Positions 1 through 9,995 of a DNA stretch of 36,012 nt are shown one piece after another. The notes under the pieces are model-generated. The model made no database searches and had not been told where the DNA came from. It worked only from the letters and a program-made list of their open reading frames with translations. This DNA comes from Polysphondylium violaceum. Lineage: Eukaryota. The stretch's first letter is position 1, and each line of letters begins with the position of its first letter. Made by a program: the position numbers and the translations under genes. The stretch covers positions 1 to 36,012 of the forward strand of contig AJWJ01000015.1 of NCBI GenBank assembly GCA_000277445.1, written 5' to 3'.

Positions 1-103
1 TTTTTTAATCATCCTAAATTTGATATTCTTTTTTTATTACTCGCTCCTATATATCTTTTTTTGTACAAATTCTTAAACATCAATATATATATATACATTA
101 AAA

Positions 104-883
104 ATGGCTGAAGACGGTATTAAAAAGTTATTCGAAGTTGAAAAGAAAGCTCAAAAAATGATTGCTGACGCTAGAGCAGGTATGATTCTTTTGTGTGTTT
201 AAATTTCATCATTATGATTTTTATGAGTTTTTGTTTTGTTACACAAATACATCATACAATCATAATTGTATCCCCATTTCCTCCTCCTCAACATTCATAG
301 TCAGTCGGTCAGTCGTTTAATTACTTCACTGATGAATAATAGATCTCTGACAAACACAGGAAAAAATACGACAGTGTTTATTAAGATTTAGTAATTAGTA
401 AAGAGTCATTCTGTTTATTGGAGAGAAGTAGATATGATTGACATTCACCATTCGCATTCTATTCATAAAACAATAACACAACATATAAACTAACTTGTAT
501 CTTTCTTTACTATTTTACAGACAGAGCCCAAAAATTAAAGAAAGCTCAAGAAGAAGCCGAAAAAGAAATTAAAGAATTCAAAGAAAAAGAAGAAAAGAAA
601 TTCAAAGAATACGAAGCTAAAGTAATGATCAATCATTTAATTATCTCTTTCACTCCGATCAACAATCATACTTGTTGATCCTAATCACATCAGACTCGTT
701 TTACTAACATTTGTTATTATTTTTTCTTCTCTATAGTTTATGGGTTCATCATCTGAAACTGCTTCTCAATTAGCTGTCACTGCTGGTAAAGAAATTGAAA
801 TTATTAGAAAGGCTACTGCTCAAAACAAGGATGTCGTTGTTGATCTCCTCCTTAAATACGCCTGTGAAGTCGATTTAAACTAA
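104..883 (+). CDS. vatG: V-type H+-ATPase subunit G; 3 exons: 104..179, 521..621, 737..883 (about 107 aa)
   Basis: Exon 1 reads MAEDGIKKLFEVEKKAQKMIADARA and ends at a GTATGA donor. Exon 2 reads (D)RAQKLKKAQEEAEKEIKEFKEKEEKKFKEYEAK, matching the conserved V-ATPase G 'RLKQAKEEA' core, and ends at GTAATG. Exon 3 reads FMGSSSETASQLAVTAGKEIEIIRKATAQNKDVVVDLLLKYACEVDLN*. Splice phases are consistent (1, 0). Introns are AT-rich with TTTTACAG and CTATAG acceptors. Confidence 0.75.
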
Positions 884-1064
884 GTTAAATTAAAGTGTTT
901 TATATAATTGTTTTTTAAAATAATCCTCTTACAATCCTATGACTACTATTTTTATTGTTGTGTTGTCTGGTGTTTATCTTTCGATATAGATTTAGATACT
1001 TTAAAAAAAAAAAAAAAAGAAAAAGAGAAACAGTATATTGTATATTAAATATATGTTTATTTGT

Positions 1065-1758
1065 TTATTTATAAACAACTCTATCATGAGCAACATAGTT
1101 TTCTTTTGAATCTATATAATGGATGCCAATGATTTCAGCTTCACAATCGGCACATGTAAGATATTTATGAGTGGCATTTACATCTTTGGTAAATGCTACA
1201 TTTTCAAAATGAAACATATCTGCTAAAAACCACATCCACTTTAATTCGTCAGCTGCATTGCTTGATTTCTTTTGAACAAGTGTTATCTGAAAAAGGTAGG
1301 TGTTTGAAGTGTCAATATATTGGTTTTTTTTTGTTTTTTTTTTTTCCTATATTGGTATAAATTTGATATTGATACTAAAAATATCAAATGAAAATGCATT
1401 TGGATATGAATGAATTGACGATATGTGATTGACGATTGATAATACATACTTTTTTATCTACCAAAACAGCATTATCGGGGGCAATAATTTTACAATCACA
1501 GAGTCTACAATGTACATTTTTAGTTAATTTATTAGTGCCTTCAACAAAGGTGGATGATTCAGGGGCTGCTTCGTTTTTATCAGTCACAACAGTGGTTGAT
1601 GTTAAAACATCCTCAATGAATTTAGGTGGTTCAACTCTAACTCCGTTGATGATTTGAACACCTTCCTCCTCAGTTTCTTGTTGATCGACTTCCTCAGTTT
1701 GTTTTTCTTCAGTTGGTTGATTTTCTTGTGGTTGTTGTTGTTGTTGCTCTTGATCCAT
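1065..1758 (-). CDS. Mss4-like guanine-nucleotide exchange factor with an acidic, Q-rich N-terminal extension; 2 exons: 1450..1758, 1065..1286
   Basis: ORF 1384..1758(-) contains HCRLCDCKIIAPDNAVLVDKK and is followed by a GTATGT donor. After a TTTTTCAG acceptor the downstream exon reads ITLVQKKSSNAADELKWMWFLADMFHFENVAFTKDVNATHKYLTCADCEAEIIGIHYIDSKENYVAHDRVVYK*. The CxxC...CxxC spacing and the W-x-F...FENV...YL-C-A-D-C-E motif are characteristic of Mss4/RABIF zinc-binding domains. The N-terminus MDQEQQQQQPQENQPTEEKQTEE is low-complexity. Confidence 0.6.
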
Positions 1759-3289
1759 TATTTAATTTATATATCTATATCAATATCTATGTGAAAATGA
1801 TAAAATGAAAAAAATGAAAATTTAATAAAAAAAAAAAAAACTCCACAAACCCAAAACGAGAAACCTCAGCAAATTCTATGAATATTTTTCATTAAATGGA
1901 AAATAAAAAAGGGAGATTAGAGTTCTCATGAATTCAATAAATAATATTATAGTATTGTATAATGTGAAATAAAGAGTTTGAAATTAATATTTAGAAACAA
2001 AGGTAATTCAAATTGAAAAACATGCCGATAAAATTGAAAGTTGAAATTCAACCTAGTTTATTGTGGTTGTGGTTGTGGTGTTATGAAAAAACCATATGTG
2101 CTCGTTTGGCGATACCATCAACCACAAACCTATTGGTAGGGTAAAGATATTTTGGTTGAAGTGGCTGTGAGATTAGTTGTAGGAGTTGGCAACTCGTTGT
2201 TTCGAATGGTGAACAAATGTTGTTATTTAGTTTTCAGGAATAAAATTTAGAGAGAGATAAAAAGGTGGTAAAGTAAATGTGGTTGGGGTGAAATAATAAT
2301 TATATTATATTTTTTGAATGGTGTGTGATTGATTTTATATATAAAAATAGGGTGAAAATAACCCGATAAAAATACTCAAAACACAATAATCACCATCACC
2401 ACCACAAAAAATTGATTCCTACAATAATTTTGACAATATTTTAATTTTGAATATCGAGGGTACAAACGACTGGGAGTACCTTTTTGAGTTGTTTCATTAT
2501 GTAATATACAATTTATATTACTATTACTGGTTGAGTGAGTTCATTGTTATTTTAACACTTTTCCCAATTTGATCAAACTATCTAGTAGATTTTGCTCACT
2601 TACGTTCTTTGTTTTTTATCTTTTTATTTCATTTTTTTTTTTTAATTATTTTAATTGTGAGGAGATAATTGGAATTCAAAAAAAACAGATACCTACAATA
2701 GTAATGTAAGTAAAATTATTATAAATAAAAATTCAAAAAGAAGGGTGATCATATGAGATAAGTTGTAGCATCAACAAATTAATTTTTCTTTTTTATTTTT
2801 CTTTTTTTTAAAGGCATTAATGAGGATTGGAACGATTTAATGAAATAAATTTAAATATTTTCCACAAATGATCAATCACTTTTGTTGTTAAAAATGGAAT
2901 ATATTAAAGTATGATTTGATTTGAATGTGATGAGCTCTATATCTCCCGTTTAAATATTTAATATCAGTGTGAGTGTGTGTATTATGTCTTCATATGGCAA
3001 AAATGATCTGATAATTCATAAAGTGTTTTTTTCAGGTAAGATTAACCTATTTTTAAAATTTATATTGATAATTATAGAAATATACACTGACGAACCATTT
3101 TTGGTTTTCACTTTAATGAGGGGGGTTATACAGTTAATGTGTGGTGTTTTTTTATTTCAAATACGAAAAAAAAAAACCAAAAGGATAGGCATTTTGACAG
3201 AGAGGAAATAGATGTATAAAATGACAACACCATATACTAATTTACCTCAATTTTAATCAGGATCCCCATATAATAAAAAGTATGATAAA

Positions 3290-3420
3290 AGAGTTTCCTC
3301 TCCATTTCCACCCACCCATTCACCCACTTTTACCACTACCACCCGCTCTATTTCAAACACAACACCTACACAAATTTCACCCACCACTCCTCACACACAG
3401 AAAATCAACACTTCCTATAG
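3290..3420. promoter_or_regulatory. C/CA-rich block (CCACCC/CACCCA/CACACA motifs) about 1.2 kb upstream of the Cys-rich repeat gene
   Basis: The run ctccatttccacccacccattcacccacttttaccactaccacccgctc...cacccaccactcctcacacacag is highly atypical within otherwise >85% AT intergenic DNA. It resembles the CA-rich / G-box (GBF-binding) elements of dictyostelid post-aggregative and prespore promoters. Confidence 0.35.
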
Positions 3421-4134
3421 AAAAGTCGTAAAAATCAATTATGAATTATCCCCCTCCCCCCTGTCAGAGGTCGGGTATAAAATAGTAATAGATGCATTAC
3501 TTTTGTGTTTTATATTTTATAACAATATGTTGTTGTTGTTATAGTTGTATGTGTGACAAGATTTCATCACCAGAATTTAATCATTGAAAATCTTGTAGGA
3601 GGTACCTTTTTCAAAATGTTGTGATATTTTTTATTTTGAGGGGGGGTGGTAAGGAGCAAAGTGGTAGATAGATAAATGGTGGGCCAAAAGAGATTATAAA
3701 AAAGTTTATTTTTAACTAATGAGAAAATGGGGTTCAATTGTGGTAGTGATTTATATTGTGTTTGGTGTTGATGATGATGTTGATAAGGGGTGTGATATGT
3801 ACATATGTACATATATGTATAATGTTTCCATACAAATGAATAAATATGGAGTGGTGATCTCATATAAGTAAGTAAAAATGGAGAGTGTACTCTGTGTGTG
3901 AGTGAGATAGATAATTGTGGGTTAAAATTAGTAAATAAACGAGTGAATGGAGGGTATTTTATAAATTAATTTTATGATATGATTGAAAAAAAATGTACAG
4001 ATCATTGGAAACTTGATCAACTTACTTTGAATGTGTGTGTGAAATTGATTTTCAAATGAGGAAAAGACAACCTAAATTGAATAGATGAGGTTAGAGAGGT
4101 TGATCAAATAACACAAAAATTATCAAAATAAAAC

Positions 4135-4260
4135 ACTCTCCATTCACCCTACCCCCCCACAAACACACATAAACACACCTACACATAACACACACTCTCA
4201 ACATACATACATACACACAACACAAACACTACCTACTTACCCACCACACTATATAATTTT
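4135..4260. promoter_or_regulatory. Second CA-rich block (ACACAC / CACCC / CCCCCCCAC) about 400 bp upstream of the ATG at 4622
   Basis: The run cattcaccctacccccccacaaacacacataaacacacctacacataacacacactctcaacatacatacatacacacaacacaaacactacctacttacccaccacac is roughly 120 bp with almost no G or T runs. This strand-asymmetric CA composition is unlike the flanking AT-rich spacer. Confidence 0.35.
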
Positions 4261-4621
4261 ATTTTTAATATATTTTCTGGAAATTTAGAAGGGTATTTAA
4301 ACAGAGTGGAAAATTGAAATTAGAAATCAAAACACAACATCAACAACATCCAAATAGAATAACAAAGAAAAACTCAGAGTTTTTTAAAGTTTTCTAATTT
4401 TAAAATATATATTTAATATATATATATCTATATTTTCAAATCAATATTTATTTATATTTATTTATTTAACAATTTAGATTTTATCTCCTCGTTTATTATT
4501 ATTTCTGTAATTAAAAAAAAAAAAAAAAGTAATTTTCCAGAAATATTTTTTGGTAAAAGATACATTGTTACTAACATCAATCAATCTATAGGCCTACTTT
4601 TTTGTAAATTCAAATTGTAAA

Positions 4622-7600
4622 ATGATAAAATACATTTTTATCTTGCTCATTGTTTTGAGTGTTTTTGGTTTAGCATTTGCCAATGTTGAAAATGCTGAGG
4701 AAGTTACAGTTTGCGGCACTGGTACATGCGGTTCTTGTGTTGGCGGATGTGATGATAAAAATTTGTGTACAACCGATACATGTATTGCCGGTAAATGTTT
4801 TAATACTCCAAAATTGTGTATGACCATCCTTAGATGTGGTGTCGCAACTTGCGATCCAACTTGTGGTGAATGTGTTGTAACTGGTCCCAAAGATAGCTCT
4901 TGTTGTGACGATGGAAGTGCTTGCACCATTGATACCTGGAGCAACAAAACCGGTTGTATTAATACCCCAAGAAGCTGTGATGATGGAAATCCTTGTACTG
5001 CCGATAGCTGCGATTGTGATAAAGGTTGTCAAAATGTTCCAATCAATGTAGATGATAATGATGCTTGCACCAGAGATTCTTGTTCAAATGGTAAAGTTAT
5101 TCATGAAAAAATCAACTGTGATGATGGAAACTCTTGTACTATTGATAGCTGCGATTGTGTTAAAGGTTGTCAAAACGTTCCAAAGAACTGTAATGATAAC
5201 AACCCATGTACTATCGACTCCTGTTCCAACTCTACTGGCTGTGTAAATACTGCAATTGATGTAAATGATAATGATGCTTGTACTCGTGACTCTTGTTCAA
5301 ATGGTAAAGCTGTTCACGAACAAATCAGCTGTGATGATGGAAATGCTTGTACCGTCGATAGCTGTGATTGTGTCAAAGGTTGCCAACATACCCCAAAGAG
5401 CTGTGATGATAGCAATCCATGTACCATTGACTCTTGTTCCAATTCTACTGGTTGTGTAAATATTCCAATGGATGTAAATGATAATGATGCTTGTACTCGT
5501 GACTCTTGTTCAAATGGTAAAGTTATCCATGAAAAGATTAGCTGTGATGATGGAAATTCCTGTACTATTGATAGCTGTGATTGTGTAAAAGGTTGTATGA
5601 ATATTAATAAGGATTGTAATGATAATAACCCATGTACCATTGATTCTTGTTCCAATTCAACTGGTTGTGTAAATATTCCAATGGATGTAAATGATAATGA
5701 TGTTTGTACCAAAGATTCTTGTTCAAATGGTAAAGTTATTCACGAACCAATTAGCTGTGATGATGGAAACTCATGTACCATTGATAGCTGCGATTGTGTT
5801 AAAGGTTGCCAACATACTCCAAAGAGCTGTGATGATAGCAACCCATGTACCATTGACTCTTGTTCCAATTCTACTGGTTGTGTAAATATTCCAATGGATG
5901 TTAATGATAATGATGTTTGTACCAACGATAAATGTGTAAATGGTAAAGTTGTTCATGAACAAATTAGTTGCGATGATGGAAACTCATGTACCATTGATAG
6001 CTGCGATTGTGTTAAAGGTTGCCAACATACTCCAAAGAACTGTAATGATAATAACCCATGTACTATTGATTCCTGTTCCAATTCAACTGGTTGTGTAAAT
6101 ATTCCAATGGATGTAAATGATAATGATGTTTGTACCCGTGATTCTTGTGTAAATGGTAAAGTTGTTCATGAACCAATTAGCTGTGATGATAAAAACTCTT
6201 GTACCGTCGATAGTTGTGATTGTGTAAAAGGTTGTATGAATATCAACAAAGACTGTAATGATAACAACCCATGTACCATCGATTCTTGCTCAAATTCAAC
6301 TGGTTGTGTCAATATTCCAATGGATGTAAATGATAATGATGTTTGTACCAAAGATTCTTGTTCAAATGGTAAAGTTATTCACGAGCCAATTAGTTGCGAT
6401 GATGGAAACTCATGTACTATTGATAGCTGCGATTGTGTTAAAGGTTGCCAACATACTCCAAAGAGCTGTGATGATAGCAACCCATGTACCATTGATTCTT
6501 GCTCCAACTCTACTGGTTGTGTAAATACCCCAATGGATGTAAATGATAATGATGTTTGCACCCGTGATTCTTGTTCAAATGGTAAAGTTATTCATGAAAA
6601 AATCAACTGTGACGATGGAAACTTGTGTACTATTGATAGCTGTGACTGTGTCAAAGGTTGCCAACATACCCCAAAGAGCTGTGATGATAGCAATCCATGT
6701 ACCATCGATTCTTGCTCAAATTCAACTGGTTGTGTAAATATTCCAATGGATGTAAATGATAATGATGTTTGTACTAAAGATTCTTGTGTAAATGGTAAAG
6801 TTGTCCATGAAAAGATTAGCTGTGATGATGGAAACTCTTGCACCATTGATAGCTGCGATTGCGTAAAAGGTTGTCTCCATATCAATAAGGATTGTAACGA
6901 CTTTAACCCATGTACCATTGACTCTTGCTCCAACTCTACTGGTTGTGTAAATATCAATATGGACGTTAATGATAATGATGTTTGTACCAAAGACTCTTGT
7001 GTGAATGGTAAAGTTATTCACGAACAAATCAGCTGTGATGATGGAAATCCATGTACCCTTGATACCTGTGATTGTGTTAAAGGTTGCCAACATACCCCAA
7101 TCAATGTTGATGATAATGATGCTTGTACCCGTGACTCTTGTGTAAATGGTAAACCTGTCCATGAAAAGATTAGCTGTGATGATAAAAACTCTTGTACCGT
7201 CGATAGCTGTGACTGCGTCAAAGGTTGTATGAATATCAACAAGAACTGTGATGATAACAACCCATGTACCATCGATTCTTGCTCAAATTCAACTGGCTGT
7301 GTCAATATTCCAATGGATGTAAATGATAATGATGTTTGTACCAAAGACTCTTGTGTAAATGGTAAAGTTGTTCATGAAAAGATCACTTGTGATGATGGAA
7401 ATGCCTGTACCATGGATAGCTGCGACTGTGTTAAAGGTTGCCAATACGTTCCAAAGAGCTGTAATGATAACAATGGTTGTACCATCGACTCTTGCTCCAA
7501 CTCTACTGGTTGCATCAATACTCCAATCAATGTAAATGATAATGATGCCTGTACTAAAGATTCTTGCTCAAATGGTTTAGTTATTCACGAAAAGATTACT

Positions 7601-8470
7601 TGTAACGACAACAATGCCTGTACTGATGATAGCTGTGACTGTGTTAAAGGATGTGTCTTTACTCCAAAGAATTGCGGTAAATCAGATAGATGTAATATTG
7701 TAAGTTGCTCAAATTCCACCGGTTGTGTTAGAGTCCCAGTTTCCTGTGACGATTTCAATCCATGCACTGTAGATTCTTGTGATGCAATCAGAGGATGTAT
7801 CAACACACCAATCAACGTTGATGATAATAATTTATGTACCCGTGACTCTTGTGTAAATGGTAAAGTCGTTAATCAACCAATCGTTTGTGATGATAAGAAA
7901 GCCTGTACCAACGACTATTGCGATCCAAAGAGAGGTTGTGTCTTTGCACCAGTAGTTTGTAACTCTACTTCTTGCTCCAAGGGATCATGTTGTGAAGATA
8001 CCGGTAAATGTGTCTATGAAAACACTCGTAACTGTGATGATAACAACAAATGTACCATTGATAAATGTGATCCAGTCAAAGGATGTACCAATACCAATTT
8101 AGTATGCAATGATAATGATCCATGCACTGATGATAGCTGCGATTGTGGTAGAGGTTGTGTCTTTACTCCAAAGAAATGTGAAGGTAAAGATAAATGCTCC
8201 AAATACACTTGTGATAAAGCCTCTGGTCAATGTAAAGCTGAAAAAATTGTCTGTAAACCATCCTCCAATCCATGTTTAGTATCATTCTGTAATCCAGAAT
8301 GTGGTACTTGTGACACCAAACCATTAGTTTGTGATGATGGAAATCCCAAAACCAAAGACTCTTGTAGTATTGCCAAAGGTGGATGCGTCTATGAAGATTG
8401 CAAAGATGATGATGACAAAAAGCCAACTACAGGTGCTAAAACCATTGGTGGATTCAAATGGCCATTTTAA
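4622..8470 (+). CDS. Secreted cysteine-rich repeat protein (1282 aa), built almost entirely of roughly 24-aa C-T-x-D-x-C units (Dicty_CTDC-like), single exon
   Basis: The N-terminus MIKYIFILLIVLSVFGLAFANV is a hydrophobic signal peptide. More than 50 iterations of xxCTxDSCxxxxGCxxxP units follow, about 16% Cys. There is no transmembrane segment and no stop codon or intron across 3.85 kb. The ORF is directly in the six-frame track. Confidence 0.85.
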   Translation: MIKYIFILLIVLSVFGLAFANVENAEEVTVCGTGTCGSCVGGCDDKNLCTTDTCIAGKCFNTPKLCMTILRCGVATCDPTCGECVVTGPKDSSCCDDGSACTIDTWSNKTGCINTPRSCDDGNPCTADSCDCDKGCQNVPINVDDNDACTRDSCSNGKVIHEKINCDDGNSCTIDSCDCVKGCQNVPKNCNDNNPCTIDSCSNSTGCVNTAIDVNDNDACTRDSCSNGKAVHEQISCDDGNACTVDSCDCVKGCQHTPKSCDDSNPCTIDSCSNSTGCVNIPMDVNDNDACTRDSCSNGKVIHEKISCDDGNSCTIDSCDCVKGCMNINKDCNDNNPCTIDSCSNSTGCVNIPMDVNDNDVCTKDSCSNGKVIHEPISCDDGNSCTIDSCDCVKGCQHTPKSCDDSNPCTIDSCSNSTGCVNIPMDVNDNDVCTNDKCVNGKVVHEQISCDDGNSCTIDSCDCVKGCQHTPKNCNDNNPCTIDSCSNSTGCVNIPMDVNDNDVCTRDSCVNGKVVHEPISCDDKNSCTVDSCDCVKGCMNINKDCNDNNPCTIDSCSNSTGCVNIPMDVNDNDVCTKDSCSNGKVIHEPISCDDGNSCTIDSCDCVKGCQHTPKSCDDSNPCTIDSCSNSTGCVNTPMDVNDNDVCTRDSCSNGKVIHEKINCDDGNLCTIDSCDCVKGCQHTPKSCDDSNPCTIDSCSNSTGCVNIPMDVNDNDVCTKDSCVNGKVVHEKISCDDGNSCTIDSCDCVKGCLHINKDCNDFNPCTIDSCSNSTGCVNINMDVNDNDVCTKDSCVNGKVIHEQISCDDGNPCTLDTCDCVKGCQHTPINVDDNDACTRDSCVNGKPVHEKISCDDKNSCTVDSCDCVKGCMNINKNCDDNNPCTIDSCSNSTGCVNIPMDVNDNDVCTKDSCVNGKVVHEKITCDDGNACTMDSCDCVKGCQYVPKSCNDNNGCTIDSCSNSTGCINTPINVNDNDACTKDSCSNGLVIHEKITCNDNNACTDDSCDCVKGCVFTPKNCGKSDRCNIVSCSNSTGCVRVPVSCDDFNPCTVDSCDAIRGCINTPINVDDNNLCTRDSCVNGKVVNQPIVCDDKKACTNDYCDPKRGCVFAPVVCNSTSCSKGSCCEDTGKCVYENTRNCDDNNKCTIDKCDPVKGCTNTNLVCNDNDPCTDDSCDCGRGCVFTPKKCEGKDKCSKYTCDKASGQCKAEKIVCKPSSNPCLVSFCNPECGTCDTKPLVCDDGNPKTKDSCSIAKGGCVYEDCKDDDDKKPTTGAKTIGGFKWPF
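5050..7570 (+). repeat. Tandem array of about 12 copies of a 213-bp (71-aa, three CTDC units) repeat with higher-order A/B alternation, inside the CDS
   Basis: Off-frame ORFs MIMMxxPxILVQMVKLF recur at 5052, 5265, 5691, 6330 and 6543, with spacings of 213, 426, 639 and 213 bp. Antisense ORFs (5314..5712, 6592..6990 and others) repeat with the same period. The protein repeat NDNDxCT(R/K)DSCSNGKVIHExISCDDGNSCTIDSCDCVKGCQHTPKSCDDSNPCTIDSCSNSTGCVNIPMDV is near-identical at nucleotide level between copies. Confidence 0.85.
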
Positions 8471-8618
8471 AAATATTACTTAACTAAATCAACATTTGTT
8501 TGATTTATTCTTTTCCAACCTTGTTTAAATCTTTTAATTTTTTTAACTTGAAAAAATCAATAAATATATATTACAATCTTGTATAAAATAATAATATTTG
8601 ATTTATTTCTTACAATTA

Positions 8619-9518
8619 TCATTTATAAAATTTATCTCTAAAGCTTAATCCAAGTGCAAAAGAATATAATTGAATATTTACAAGACAATTTCTTTTTTTT
8701 CTTTCATCTAAGATTATTTAAAAAGTATATTAATAAATAGTAGCTAATTGAATAAATAAATATACATTACCTTCTAAATGGTCAAAAAGATTATCAAAAG
8801 GGAGTAGTACTACTTCAATTGATTCAGTATCTTCCAATTCTTGTTTTTCTTTTTTATCTTCAGTTATCTATTTTGAATTTTATTAATAATTGTATTATTA
8901 ATAAAATTCAAAATAATAAATTGAAAAGAGATACTTACATTTACAATTACAATTTTAGAGGTACAATCAGCTGCACCACTTTCAAGTGGTAAAGGTGGTG
9001 ATGTTAATAACACTTGATCAGCTTGATATCCTGTTTCTTCTTTTAATTCCCTTAATGATGCCTTTTATTGTTTAAAAAATTAATCTTTGAGCAAAAATCA
9101 GAATAATAATATAGTTGAATAATACATTTTCAATACTTTCATTGGGATCAATTAAACCAGCAGGAAACTCTAAAACAAAATTATTTACAGGTGGTCTGAA
9201 TTGAAGAGTAAGAATAATATACTTTTTACCATCCTTATTTACAGTGGCGATAATATCAGAGCTATCCACTTCTGATACCTTTGTAGTTCTAGATACAGAT
9301 TCCCATGTCTTTTAATGGAAAAGTAAAAAAATCAATATAAATATCCTCTATCTGTGGTACACAATGGTGCAGATTTTTAGTAAATATCAGATTTATACTC
9401 TAACTCTTCCTTGATGATCATAATATACAATCTCATTTAATTCTAACCATTTAGCTCGACATAAACTATTGATTTTAATTTGTTTTGAAACGTCATGGGA
9501 AATAAGAGATTCACTCAT
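8619..9518 (-). CDS. Nudix hydrolase, NUDT5-like ADP-sugar pyrophosphatase; 5 exons: 9399..9518, 9126..9308, 8939..9061, 8771..8867, 8619..8707 (about 203 aa)
   Basis: Spliced product: MSESLISHDVSKQIKINSLCRAKWLELNEIVYYDHQGRVR | TWESVSRTTKVSEVDSSDIIATVNKDGKKYIILTLQFRPPVNNFVLEFPAGLIDPNESIEN | ASLRELKEETGYQADQVLLTSPPLPLESGAADCTSKIVIVN | ITEDKKEKQELEDTESIEVVLLPFDNLFDHLE(G/D) | ERKKRNCLVNIQLYSFALGLSFRDKFYK*. It aligns motif-for-motif with human NUDT5 (TWESVKRTT..., QFRPP...EFPAGLID, the Nudix box LRELEEETGY, and the C-terminal YSYALAL). Donors are GTATAA, GTATTA, GTAAGT and GTAATG. Phases are consistent. Confidence 0.7.
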
Positions 9519-9995
9519 TTTCTATATAGAAATCTTTGACAAAAATAGACAATGATGAAGAAAAAGATGAACAGATATAATTGTACTGATAAACAATATA
9601 GTAGTTGATGATGTAATCCTAAATACCAAAGAGTATAAAGAAAAAAAATAAAAAGAAAAAGAATATCTTTCGGGGTTATATATTGCAGAGCTATTTTCAA
9701 ATAAAGCACCTGGGCACACAAGAGGTCTTTTTTCTTTTTGCAAGAAGAATTTTTTTTTTTTTTTTTTTAGTTTTTCGTATCAGATTGGCAAGAGATACTT
9801 TCCCCCAGAAAAAATCGAATTTAAATTTTCTGTTTTCCTGCAGTTACTTTTTATATTTATATTTATTATTTTATTTTTGTTGTTAGTAATTCGAATGTGA
9901 TCAATTAAGTTTGTTTATCAATTTCAAAATTATTCAAGAAAAACAGATCAATATTATAAAAGGAAAATAGTAGTAGCAGTAGTATAAAAGAAATA

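Noticed and set aside
1436-1657. 73-aa plus-strand ORF
   Set aside because: It is antisense to the first exon of the Mss4-like gene and has no supporting features.
2969-3863. ORFs 2969..3211(+) and 3567..3863(-) in the long upstream region
   Set aside because: Their translations are low-complexity and AT-codon (K/I/F/L-rich or H/Y/T-rich) with no domain. I interpret the region as promoter or spacer containing CA/G-rich boxes.
5052-7344. Many 60-146-aa ORFs on both strands inside the repeat-protein gene (for example 5052..5246+, 5265..5459+, 5314..5712-, 6592..6990-, 6722..7162-, 7018..7344-)
   Set aside because: They recur with the 213-bp period and are simply alternative frames of the homogenised Cys-repeat array. 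Only the frame giving the continuous 1282-aa signal-peptide protein is coding.
9515-9886. Three small ORFs (9515..9721-, 9522..9743-, 9683..9886+) in the Nudix / MFS divergent spacer
   Set aside because: Their products are poly-F/L/Y low-complexity, and they overlap a T18 tract. These are typical AT-rich intergenic noise.
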